Shown here in pieces: positions 1 to 11,784 of a stretch of DNA of 64,000 bases. Origin of the DNA: Sphyrna mokarran (lineage: Eukaryota); assembly GCA_024679065.1 (NCBI GenBank), contig JAGIQG010000012.1, positions 53,196,001-53,260,000 of the forward strand. Reading direction: 5' to 3'. The translations under genes were made by a program, and so were the position numbers. Every line of letters starts with the position of its first letter. Positions within the stretch are counted from its first letter, which is position 1. The notes beneath the pieces were generated by a model. The model was not told the origin of the DNA. It worked only from the letters and a program-made list of their open reading frames with translations, and ran no database searches.

Positions 1-1108
1 AAATTACAAGGTTAGTGTTGCCACCATTTCTATGTGGCAACTGTATTACTTTTGCATGTTTGTATTTCTTTGAGATCACTTATTGTTAAATCAGTCTAAC
101 TTTAACTTAAATATTTTAGCTACTGACTTTATCGTGTAATCCACATATGGGCTGCCAGAGGCAGTACTTTGTTATTCAAAATGTTACATCTAATTGATGC
201 TAAATCGCTGTCAAAAATAACCACCTGAAAGAACAAAGCCCAGATGCTGGTTCTAAATATACAGCAATGAAATGTTTTCCAAATTCTAAAATTAGAATTA
301 ACTTTAGCAGATCTGTTTGTTTTCTTGAGTCTGATCATCTGTTTCAGATTGCTGGAGAACATTTGCCTAAGGTAAGTAAATTATTGTGAAATGCTTAACT
401 TGTGTTAGGTCAAGCCATTTTGCTGCACAGCATCTCACTAAACCCTGTTAACATGATGATGAATAATTACTTCCGGACATCAGGTATTTAATATTACAGG
501 ACAGGTTTTTCCTCTCAGAAAACTGTGGTCCGAATGGCGTCGTTGTTATTTAAACACAAGTTGCACTGCAACTTCAGGTGAGGATCAAATGTACAGTTAA
601 AGCTGAATATCCACAATTTATTGTCTGAATTGCACCATTCCTCTGTTAGCTTTAGAGAAAAGCTCAACATTGATCTGCATCGAAAATCATGAACTTGCAG
701 TGGTAACACAATCTATATGAAGTCAACTTATATAAAGATAGACATTGTCATTTCAAGTCTAACCACTCTCATAACAATATGACAATTGTTAATTACCACC
801 AACTATTATCTCTGGCACTGAAAATGAATCATAAGTATATACATTCATGAATTGTTATAAGTACGCAATTCCTTTGGATTGTAATAGTTGAAGATTAAAC
901 CAAGGGTAACATTTAAATTTTTTTTACTTTCTTTCTGTCTTTTCTTTTGTCTATCTTAATCCAATCTTTTTCTTTCCTTCTCTTCTCTTTTTGATTTGAC
1001 ATTGAATTGACTCAATCTATTTTACCCTTTTCCTGAGCACTTGCTCTGTTAATTTTCAACTCTTTCAATCTGGTTGATTAAGAAGATATTCAATTGCTTG
1101 CACAATTG

Positions 1109-1412
1109 AGGCAATATGGCACAGTGGTTAGCACTGCTGCCTCACAGTGCCAGGAACTTGGGTTCAATACTGCCTTTGGGTAATTAACTGTGTGAAATTT
1201 GCACATTTTCCCTGTGTCTGTGTGGGGTGCACCACACAATCCAAAGGTATGTGGGTTAGGTTGATTGGCCATTCTCAATTGCCGCTTAGTGTCAGGGAGA
1301 TTAGCAGGGTAAATAAGCATGGCTACGGGATAGGGCCTGGGGGTGGGATTGCAGTTGGTGGCGACTCAGTGGGCCAAATGGACTCTTTCTGCACTATAGG
1401 GATTTGATGATT
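1109..1412 (+). mobile_element. HE1-type V-SINE, CR1-like tail (type A)
   Basis: tRNA-like head TGGCACAGTGGTTAGCACTGCTGCCTCACAG..GGTTCAATAC, V-domain core, tail GGGCCAAATGG..CTGCACTATAGGGATT. Confidence 0.9.
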
Positions 1413-1937
1413 GAATAAATCGCAGATGGCCATTTCTCTCACTGTGATGTTATCTGCTCACATATCAAACAACTTGCCATTCAAAAAATGTAAAACTCTA
1501 AGATGCAAGGGCAAGGCTAATTAATGACAGACACCATTAGCTATCCTATGTCTGCAACACCTAAACAGTAGTTTTACTGATTATTAGTATAAATATTGCT
1601 TCAATGTTCTAACTGCGAGCATTTATTTAAAATGCAGCTCAGCTATGGTAGATAGGACAATGCCATGCATTAGCCTACAATTTAGGAGTTTTGTGCGGTA
1701 ATCCAGAGAGGAAGGAGGGTGGGGCAGTGGGGGAGGGGGGGGGTGGAGATACTGAACAGAAGATATGAGAGCCAATCAGATCTGTGCTTTCAAAAGCAGA
1801 CAACTTCTCAATTTAGATAAAGGATCTAAAAAGTAGGAAGAATGTACAATGTATACACTATTGACCACGATTAGGTTCATAATTTTGATTATTTCACTGA
1901 AAGACCTTCCTGAATCCTTAAGCTGCTAGATACTTTC

Positions 1938-2240
1938 AGTTTAGAGTTTATTTATTACTGTCACAAGAAGGCATACATTAACACTGCAATAAAATTACTG
2001 TGAAAATCCCCTAGTCACCACACTCCGCTTGCCTGTTCGATTATACAGAGGGAGAATTTAGTGTGGCAAATGCACTTAATCAGCATGTCTTTCAGACTGT
2101 GGGAGACAACCAGAGCACTCGGAGGAAACCCATGCAGACATGGGGAGAACGTGCAGACTCCATACAGACGGTGACCCAAGCTGGGAATTGAGCCCAGCTC
2201 CCTGGCGTTGTGAAGTAGCAGTGCTGACCACTGTGCCATT
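1938..2240 (-). mobile_element. HE1-related V-SINE with alternative tail (type B)
   Basis: Same head and V core as type A; tail ..GACTAGGGGATTTTCACAGTAA..TTGTGAC..AATAAATAAAC on the minus strand. Confidence 0.88.
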
Positions 2241-2749
2241 GAAGGACAACATGGAAAAGCTGCAATGTTTGTTTTTGTAATTTTGGTTATTTATACATTC
2301 TCTAATGATTTTTTTACTGATCCAGGTGAAGGATGGCAAAATTAGGGAAATGGAACATTTTCTTCTATTGCACCTATCTTGTAAATCTTTATAATTCTAA
2401 TTTCCTCCATCCTTCACATTGTTCTTGATGCTCCTCTTTCCTCTGTGTTACCACCTCATTCCTCTCCTCATATTCCTCAGTCCCATCACCTCTGTGCTCT
2501 GTTGTCCCATTTGTTTTCTCTTTCCCTTTCTGATCATCTCTGTATATCACCATCTCCTTTCTTCTAATGTTCTGAAGGCCCAAGCAATGAGAAAGGCCTA
2601 ATATTTGGGGAGAGGCAACCAGGACCTGAGGGAGAAAATAAACCAAGAAAAGGTTGGATTATGGGGCAGGGTGTAGATGCTCACGAAGCCCCAGAAAACG
2701 GGTGTAATGACTTGTTGTTACCCAGATTTCACAACCTGAAGACATCTTA

Positions 2750-2990
2750 ATGCAAATTACAGCCAATTAAGAACTTTTGAAAAATGGTCAATATTGTAAT
2801 GGAGGAGACAGATAATCAGTTTGTACAATGTAATAATGATCTGATAATCAGATATTATGTAATGTTGGCTGAAGGATGCATATTGCTCAGGATATTGGAG
2901 AGAACTTCCTTGCATTGATTTGAATAGTGACATGGGATCTGTTAGGTTCATCCAACAGGGTAGACAGCGCTTCAGGTTTACGTGAGATGA
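2750..2990 (-). mobile_element. Deu-domain SINE (SacSINE1/AmnSINE-like), decayed
   Basis: GAATAGTGACATGGGATCTGTTAGGTTCATCC..GGGTAGACAG resembles the remembered Deu core; related copies at 16.8 kb and 32.1 kb. Confidence 0.6.
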
Positions 2991-3519
2991 TGAGCATTAT
3001 CTTACGAAAAGAATTCTAAGTGCCAATCACCCCCCAGCATTGGTCTACACCTCCATCCCCAGCCAAACATCCCCCTCCCTACAAAGTTCTTTCCCTGCCC
3101 AAACACTATCCCACCAGAGTACAGAGTTCCCTTCTTCTCTAATCAGCCTTCCTGCAGAGTTTCACTTCCCCTCCCGGATTGCCCTGTGCAGACTTCTCTA
3201 TTCTCTCCCTCCCTAATTATCATCCCTGCAGAGCTCCCCACTTCTGCCCACTAATTGCCATCCCTGTGTGCTTCCCCCCCCCATGCAATTGCCACCTTTG
3301 TAGACTTCCACCCCTCCCTGATCACCACCCAGCAGATTTTCCATGCTCTCCCCATCCATCATAGCTCCGCTCCCACAGGCTTTGCCCCCACTCAGGTCCC
3401 ACTCCTTGGCACTGCCTCCGGAACAGTTATGGTGCCCAGTAGGCAGTGCTAGTATGCTCATTAAGCACTGCCAGGATGCTAGGTGGGATAGTGTTTGGGC
3501 AGGGAAAGGCACACGGTAC

Positions 3520-4140
3520 GTACTCATCCGATTTGGCCAATGTTGTCTACCTTTTATGCTAGGAAAGAATATGCCAGGATGTGGTACATCAGCAAGACCA
3601 TGCAGACACTATGACGACGGATGAACAGATACCACACAACAATCTCCAGGCAGAAGTGTTCCCTTCCAGTTGGGGAATACTTCAGCAGTCAAGAGCATTC
3701 AGCCTCTGATCTTCGGGTAAGCATTCTTCAAGGCAGCCTTCAAGACATATGACAACACCAAGCAAAAACTGATAGCCAAGTTCTGCATGTATGAGGACAG
3801 CATCAATCGGGATCTTGGTTTTACATTACACTACTGTAACCCCCATCATTTGACCTGGGCTTGCAAAATCCTACTAACTTCCCTGGCTTGAGACAATTCA
3901 CACCTTCTTAATCTGTAACTCGTAACTCCCTCTGTCTACTCGTATTGTCTATGCCTGTAAAGAGTTGATTACCTGAAAAGACTCACATTCTAATCAATAT
4001 CTTGCAATTGTGTCTTTGTCTATATATACTGTGTTGGTGAACCCACCTCTCCACTCACCTGGTGAGAGAGCAGCACTTCGAAAGATCATGACTCTAAACA
4101 AACCTGTTGAACCTGCCGTTGTGAGGCCTCTTACTGTGTC
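3520..4140 (+). mobile_element. Penelope-like element 3' fragment (GIY-YIG C-terminus plus terminal repeat)
   Basis: Decayed WYI..TMQTL..RMN..CSLPVGEYFS..HSASDLRVSILQG..KLIAKF peptide, followed by the terminal repeat also seen at 41-42 kb. Confidence 0.8.
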
Positions 4141-5599
4141 CAAAGACACTGTCAGACCTGCTGAGATTTTCTAGCATTTTCTGTTTTTGACCAGTTATCC
4201 TAGCATTACTCTTTTGTTGTCAACATAAAGAGATGGAGCAGTCAAGGACTGATGGTTGATATCACTGCTACGTAGGGGATGGTGAAGAGGTTGGGGGAAA
4301 GGGGGAATTTGGTAGACTTTGTTTAAGCAATGGGGATTTGATGGCAGACTATTTCCCCCATCCACTGCCACCATATAGCTCAAATTTGAGTGGGAACCAT
4401 GTGTCAAATCCAACCCTTGATCTTCCTATGGAATTGATGCATCTGCTGTACCTAATCAGTGCAAGAGTGAAAATCCACAAGGATGGTAATTACTATTAAA
4501 TACACTTTGAACAACCTGAATTCTATAGCAATACAAGTTGTAACAAAGTCATGTACTTTAATATATATATTTCCATCTAACTTGTCACATAATACCTGAA
4601 GCTATGCCCTCTAAATAATTCAAAATGCTCAGAAGAATTACTTGCAAGCTGCAAGTGTTTTTCAATCTCATGCGTAAGTCTTCCATTTGGCACAGTAATT
4701 CTATTCAGATTTTGCACACCACAAGACTGATATAAAATTGAAATCCGGAGGACAAGTAGAATTTTATTTCTTCCCACCATACAACAAGCCTTTTTTATTT
4801 TTTATCTTGATTCTTGCGAGTTTTACGATAGATTGCGTAACTCGAAAGTTAATTATTTTTCAATTCTATTTTGTTATTACAGCTGAAGGTCTCAGCAACA
4901 CTGCAATTTCTTGCTAGGCATTTTTTTTTTACAATTCTGTAGCTGGTTTCAAAAGCCAAGATATCATGGAAGAATATCAAGTCAAATTTATTGATTAAAT
5001 ACATTCTAATCTCTGCAAGATACCAGCTCTGTTCTATAACACAATTTTATGTTTATGAGCCTGAAATACTTCTCCTCTGAGCTTCTGTGTAAGATAAATC
5101 CCTTTTCAAAAATTGTATAATCGATCATTATTACTGTTACAGTGTGCACTTTAATTATCGACAGTAAGGAGAATAAAGTCCATTTTTCATTCATCTGAAT
5201 CAAATAACTTCTTTATCCATTTTCATTTGATAATGGCTATGAATCCCTCCGTCATTCACGTATCTTTTTTTATACAGTCCTTGCTAAAGGTAAATCTAAC
5301 TTGTTCCCTTATCAACAATTTCCATTAACCTCCCCTCACAGAATCAGATAGGCCTTCACAATGGAGTTGAAGTGGCAGATTAGTGCTATTGATTGTTTTG
5401 TTGTTCTCATTCAATCTTCATTGAACATTCTTTCCATCTTTTACATTGGGAAGAGTCTTGCTTTGTTACAAATATGAGATTTCTAATGTCTCAGGTTTTG
5501 GAAATGTATCTGCAATTTAGGATAAAAATGAAGAGGTCTCGTGATCTATTCTGAATTCTGCTAGAGAAGTAATAAGGCCGGGTGGGGGGGGGGGGGGGG

Positions 5600-7463
5600 T
5601 GGAAGAAAATATGACTGTAAGCTAGCTAGTGATACAAAAGAAGATAGGACAAGTTTTTTCAGTATATATAAGGTAAGAGAGAAGTAAAAATAGACAAAGG
5701 ATCATGGGAAAATGAGGGCTAGAGAAGTAAATAATAGGAAACAAAGAAATGGCAAAGGAATTGAATAGTTACTTTGCATCAGTCTTCACTGTGGAAGGCA
5801 CTAATGGGATGCAGAACTCTAGGAGAATCAGGAGACACAGGTGAGTGTACTGGCTATCACTAAGGAGAAGATTCTGGGGAAAATGAAATGTTTGAAGATG
5901 GATAAATCACCTGGACCGGATGGACTAAGTCCCACGGCTCTAAAAGAGCGAGCTGAGGAAATTGTGGAGGCATTAGTGTGATTTTTCAGGATTCACTGGA
6001 AGCAGGGAGGGCTCCAGTGGAAAGTAGCTAATGTAACATCACTGTTTAAGAAGGGAGGGAGATAACAGACAGGAAATTATAGGCTGGTTAGCCTGACTTC
6101 AGTTATTGGCAAGATTTTAGAGTTCATTATTAAAGTTGAAATCATAAAGTACTTGGAAGTGTAAGATAAAATAGGATGGAGTCAGCACAGCTTCTTCAAA
6201 GCACAGCTTCTTAAATTCTGACAAATGTCTGACAAATCTGTTAGATTCTTTGAGGAGGTAACAACGGCGTTAGATAAAGGAGAACCAGAGGACATGATTT
6301 ATTTAAGTTTCTAGAAGGCCTTCAACAAGGTGCCGCATAGGAGACTGTTAGATAAGTAAAGAGCCCACAGTATTAAGGGTAAGATCTTGGCAAATATAGA
6401 GGATTGGCTGACTGGCAGAAGGCAGAGAATGGGGATTAAGGAATCCTTTTCAGGATGGCAGCCAGTGATTAGTGGTGTGCCTCAGAGGTTAGTGCTGACC
6501 ACAACTTTTCATAATATACCTTAACAATTTGGAAGAAAGAACTTAAAGGCATTGTTGCTAAGTTTGCAGATGACATAAAAATATGTAGAGGGGAAGGTAG
6601 TATTGAGGAAGCAGTGGGTTGCAAAAGAACTTGAACAATTTAGGAGAGTGGACAAAGAAATGGGAGATGGAATACAATGTGGAAAAGTGTGAGGTATTTT
6701 GGAAGGAAGAATGGAGGCGTAGACTATTTTCTAAATGGGAAATGCTTAGGAAATCAGAAGTGCAAAGGGACTTGAGAGTCTTTGTTCAAGATTCTCTTAA
6801 ATTAATGTGCAGGTACAGTTGGCAGTTAGGAAGGCAAATACAATGTTAGCATTCATATCGAGAGGACTTGAATACAAGAGCAGAGATGTACTCCTGAGGC
6901 TGTATAAGGCTTTAGTCAGACTCCATTGTCTGATGGAGCAGTTTTGGACTCTGTACCTAAGGAAGGATGTGCTGACCTTGGAAAGGGTCCAGAGGATATT
7001 CACAAGACTGATCCCTGCAATGAAGAGCTTGTTGTATGAGGAATGGTTGACAACTCTGGGTCTGTACTTATTGGAGTTTAGAAGAATGAAGGGAGGATTT
7101 TATTGAAACTTACAGGATACTATGAGGCCTGGATAGACTGGATGTGGAAAGGATGTTTCCATCAATAGGAAAAATTAGAAACAGAGGGCACAAGTCCAGA
7201 CTAAAGGGACGATCCTTTAAAACAGATGAGGAAGAATTTTGTCAGCCAGAGTGATGAATCTGTGGGACTGTTCGCTGCAGAAGGCCATGGAGGCCAGGTC
7301 ATTGAATGCCTTTAAGACAGAGATAGATACGTTCTTGATTAATATTGGGATCAGGGGTTATGGGGAAAAGGCAGATGAATGGGGATGAGAAAAAAGCCAT
7401 GATTGAATAACGGAGCAGACTTGATGGCCAAAAGTCCTAATCCTGCTCCTAGCTCTTATAGTC
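5600..7463 (+). mobile_element. CR1/HER1 LINE, 5'-truncated, decayed ORF2 (RT) plus 3' UTR
   Basis: KSPGPDG, GNYRLVSLTSV, KFADD and LRLYKALVR motifs with stops and frameshifts; CR1 tail CCTGCTCCT..CTTAT. Confidence 0.92.
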
Positions 7464-7594
7464 TAAGCTTGGATGACATGGCTATTAAAGAGCAAAGGGA
7501 GACCTTGATTTTTTGCTGGAAAGAAGGTATAAGGTGCTCATATTTGGAGAAATGCATTAGTGATTTGACTGCTGGTTTCGAAGTCCCAGGAAAG

Positions 7595-8300
7595 TGTTGA
7601 CAATATCAGGTTATAAACTGTCATACTTTATGCAGTCTTTTACCTGCAAGATAGAATAAATTTTTGGATCTAAAGAACACCTAATCAATATGTCTACCTG
7701 GATACAAAGCCCATGTGATTCATGTTGTCATGGAGAATGTCTTTGAAAGAAGAAAGATATTCTGAAACTCATCCATGCAGGTAGTCTGTCAGGATCTGAG
7801 ACAGAGGGAGCAGCTGGAGGCTGGATATCTCTATAGTTCACTGGTGCAGGAATGTGGGTGGGAACTCACACTTGGATTGAAAATGTATGAGATTGTAAAA
7901 TTTGCCTAGCTTGCATTGGAAAGAGAATTATCATGAAAAACCCCCTTCATGAATAGCAATTATGGACTTGAAAGTTACTATGTAGGGAAAGGAAAAGAAC
8001 AGAAATAAATCCAAAGGAGCTGAGTATCACTTTGGACTAGTGCTAGGAAAATTGAATGTCTACTAAGGGACAGTGTAAAATATACATGTGAAGTCAGTTT
8101 TTGGTTGTATTAAAATAAAAAGGGGAAAATTATATTAAGCAGTTTAAAGTGTAAGTTGCTTACAAAATTAGTGTTTTGCAAATTGTGTTTTAAGTCTGGC
8201 TGTCAAAGTAAAAGGCTTAAACTTTGATGTCATTTTTTCAGCTTTTAAAAAAGTTTGAATTTCTTATTAAAAGTTGTTGGTCTCCACAGGGATCATAACA
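7595..8300 (+). mobile_element. Possible solo LTR
   Basis: Ends TCTCCACAGGGATCATAACA and contains AATAAA; left end and TSD not established. Confidence 0.3.
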
Positions 8301-8724
8301 GTATTAGCATGTAACTTAGAAGGTCAATGTTCCCATGTGGAAAAGAATTCAGCATCCCGATGAATATCGCCAAGATCAGTATGTCCTGTTATTTATCTCC
8401 CAGCTGTGTTCTGCAATGGGATACCTACTGTGTAAGGGCATGACCTTATGATCTCATCAGACACCCATTGTTCAGTGAGGCGAGGTGGTAAGGTTGCATG
8501 AAAATCAAAAACTTACCAACCTTCATGCTAGTTCCGATTTTACCAACCATTTTTTCTGGACATGAGCAGCTTCAGACCCAAAATTGATGGCACATCAATT
8601 TGCATGTGTTTGAATGCATTTCAATATAATTCGTGAGTGGGGCAATTGTCCCCCCCTCACTTATGTTAACCACCTTGTCGGTCAGGCATCACACCAGTGA
8701 AAATTACAGTTGCTCTATACAAGT

Positions 8725-8921
8725 CATGATGTGGAGATGCTGGCATTAGACTAGAGTGGGCACAAGTTAAGGTTAAAGTTCAGCAGATTTATTTGGAATC
8801 ACGAGCTTTCGGAGTGCTGTTTCTTCATCAGGTGAGTGATGATGAAGGAGCAGCACTCCAAAAGTTCATGATTCCAAATAAATATGTTGGGCTTTAACCT
8901 GATGTTGTAAGACTTCTTACT
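8725..8921. mobile_element. Palindromic Penelope terminal-repeat dimer with two opposed hammerhead cores
   Basis: 8770-8835 is an imperfect inverted repeat of 8838-8900; both arms match the PLE terminus at 42270-42365. Confidence 0.8.
8797..8837 (-). ncRNA. Minimal type I hammerhead ribozyme motif (stem II damaged)
   Basis: Minus strand reads TCAC-CTGATGA-AGAAACAGCACTCC-GAA-AGCT-C-GTGA: core CUGAUGA/GAAA/UH, stem I TCAC/GTGA, palindromic stem III AGCT. Confidence 0.6.
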
Positions 8922-9456
8922 ATATAAGTCAGTTTCAAAACAGCAGTAACGGAGGTAAGCAAGGAGCTGAGTAGCACTGAGCCCCAGTTTTTGGGCTGCA
9001 GGGGGTCTCAGCTGCAGCCATGGTGTGGGATGGGCAGCTTGCATGGACACAGTGGTTTGAGGGCCCCATGCCTGTCTCGGTCATCACTGGCTTGGGGCTT
9101 GTGTGGATGCTTTCCCCGCTACCATTGAAGGAGTTTGTCCTCAATCAAGTCCATAATTACATGGAATGTGTCTTGTCTTTTGGTTTTCTTAACATTAGCA
9201 CTGACAATTTGTTTTTAAGCATATTGCTTTCTCACTTTTTGCTGCTGGCTGGTGGGGTCATTAAAGGCTCTTCCAATATTTGCAATCTATATTGTTCTCT
9301 GAAGCAGTGGCTAAATATAGTTGTCAGGTCACATATAACAGTAAGCACTTCATCATCTTCAAGTGACTGGGTAGCAAACAGAGTTTACAATAACAGGAAG
9401 TAGTTGAAACATATAAGGAGCACATTGACTGTCAACCTGGTAACTCTGGATATACA

Positions 9457-9811
9457 CATAATCCATAAAATTCCTACAGTGCAAAAGGAGGCTATTCAGC
9501 CCATTGAGTCTGCACTGACTCTTCAAAAGAGTATCTCTCCTACATTCACACCCCATGTTATCCCTGTAATCCTGCACATTTACAATGGCTAATTCACTTA
9601 GCTTACACATGTTGTGACACTAAAGGGCAACTTAGCCAGACCAATCCACCTAACCTGCACATCTTTGGAGTGTAAGAGGAAACCGGATCATCTAGAGGAA
9701 ACCCACGCAGAAACAGGGAGAATGTGCAAACTTCACATTGACAGTTACCGGAAGCCAGAATCAAGTCCCGGCGCTGTGACACCGCAGTGCTAACCATTGT
9801 GTCATTGTGTC
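9457..9811 (-). mobile_element. HE1-type V-SINE (type A)
   Basis: Reverse-complement head, V core and CR1-like tail. Confidence 0.88.
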
Positions 9812-11331
9812 ACACTGCTCACCTCTTTTAGCTATCTCCCTGAAGGTAAGGGGTGGGGGGGATTCCCAAAGGAATGCTTTGGTACTGATAGGATGCCATT
9901 GACTCTGAAAAAGAAACATTTTTGCTTTTAGAGGGAGGAAAAATTGGAACTCCTACCCCTTCACCAAAATACAGATCCGGTCCCAAATAAACAATAAATC
10001 AACAAAAGTGAATTGCAAAACAACATCCTATTTCCCCCAATTAATAGCCTTCATAAATGGAGCAAAAAGCCAATAGTTTTGTGGATGTGTGTCTGAAGAT
10101 TGTGCTATTCCAATGTGTAAAGATGCACGGCAATGGTCTCACTCTGGAGTTCGAACACATTGAAATTAGCAGGGCAGCAAGAAAGCAACCCAACACATCT
10201 CCAAATCAATATTTTAATAAGGTTCACGTCACAGACTAGCAGGACCTCTGAACTTGATTAAATTAGAAATGTTGTCAGGTAGTGCTGGTTACGTGAGCAG
10301 GAATCAACATCAAAAGCAGACATATGCTAAAAATAGGTTCGGGAATTTTACTTGGAAATTGAAGGAAGAAGCGAGGTGAAATAATCTGATGATTTTGGGA
10401 AAAGTAATGAATCCTAAGTAGGATTTTTGGGAATAAATGACTAGGTAGCTAGCCACTGACCATCACAAATGACTGAGTTTATAGCTAACTGAAATATTTG
10501 AGGGTAAACCAGGGTGCAACAAGAATAATGAATGTCAACACAGAAGCAGGTAGGTCATCTGCCAGTACAGAAAATGACTGGAACTGAATACCACAGTAAA
10601 TTAAAACGAACCCTTTCTGAGACAAATTCCCCCTGAGTTTCCTCATTGTAAGGCTGCAGAGTTTGGTGCTACAGGTGCCATTTTGAAACCAGTGTGGTGC
10701 CATTGTGGCCCATATCATCTTGGTGAGGCCATTATGAGTAAGCAATAGAAGAATGCAGATTAGACAGATCATAACATCTGTCACTGTGTAACACTGAATG
10801 GATGTCAGCGCTGCAACGTCGAACCCGCCCTCTCAAATGCGCACAGATAAATATTTGAGAACCGGCCCCCCCCCACCCCACCCCTGCCATATCAGTGCTA
10901 TTTGAAGTGATCATCATCAGCTTGCAGGCTGGATGTTTATTACTTGCTATTCGTTCTGTTTGAGTTAATGGAAGTGCTCAGTGCCTTAAGGAGTTGGTTA
11001 CAGTTGATGAAACTTGCAGGTGGTGGTGCTGCACATGGGTACACCACATAATACCAGTCATGGGAGCTATCGTGACAGCCTCCCTTTGGCTACAGCATGG
11101 AAAGGAATTGATGAAAAAAGCAGTGAAAAAGCTGCTTACAGATGGAGACAGAGGAGCTGGAAGAAAGGCTGTTGGCAGAAGGCCTTATCAATTGCAGATC
11201 CTTCAGAAGTATTTGTTTTACCTCCATTTAAGCCAGGAGTGGTGTGTGCATCATCTACAATTTACAAACGAGATGCCCACAGAATCTTCCACCTCTTTCA
11301 GAAACACTTGCAGTAATAGTGTAAGATGTGA

Positions 11332-11784
11332 GGTCTTGTAGCACCGTGGTACCATCCCTACCCTTTGGTTCAAGTCTCACTTCAGAACTTGATAGACATG
11401 GGAGATGCATTCATAACATAGCTAAGCAGTTGATTATCAGCTTCTAAATCTTTCCAGTACAGTTGAAGAATTTAAGAGTGGGGAGTGCTTTTTAGTCAGC
11501 CGTACTGCAGAGATCAATGGCAAACAACTGTAGTACGTTGTCAAGCATAATTATGGACAAATCCATTGGAAATCCATGGTCAGCAATACCCTCTCAGGCC
11601 ATTGTACTTGAGAGATNNNNNNNNNNNNNNNNNNNNNNNNNNNNNNNNNNNNNNNNNNNNNNNNNNNNNNNNNNNNNNNNNNNNNNNNNNNNNNNNNNNN
11701 NNNNNNNNNNNNNNNNNNNNNNNNNNNNNNNNNNNNNNNNNNNNNNNNNNNNNNNNNNNNNNNNNNNNNNNNNGAGGAGGAGGG
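11332..11784 (+). mobile_element. tRNA-derived SINE with RTE-like 3' end, inserted in the Harbinger transposase
   Basis: A/B-box-like head (GGTTCAAGTC), GGCAAACAACTGTAGTACGTTGTC motif, GAGGAGG tail, and an imperfect 17-bp TSD at 11315-11331 and 11785-11801. Confidence 0.65.
11617..11773. other. Assembly gap (157 N)
   Basis: Run of N. Confidence 1.

Noticed and set aside
1708-1748. G-rich run with quadruplex potential (also 5578-5602)
   Set aside because: Simple homopolymer expansion with no supporting context; the second run lies at a decayed LINE edge.
3000-3520. Pro/Gly-rich ORFs in C-rich or G-rich tracts (also 23660-24670 and 38269-38586)
   Set aside because: Low-complexity interiors of non-autonomous DNA transposons with GGCAGTGCC motifs.
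6184-6240. Small tandem duplications AGCACAGCTTCTT x2 and TCTGACAAAT x2
   Set aside because: Local repair or slippage scar inside a dead CR1; no functional implication.
9020-9403. 127-aa plus-strand hydrophobic ORF
   Set aside because: Spans a repeat/unique boundary and has no recognisable domain; the opposite strand looks more exon-like.
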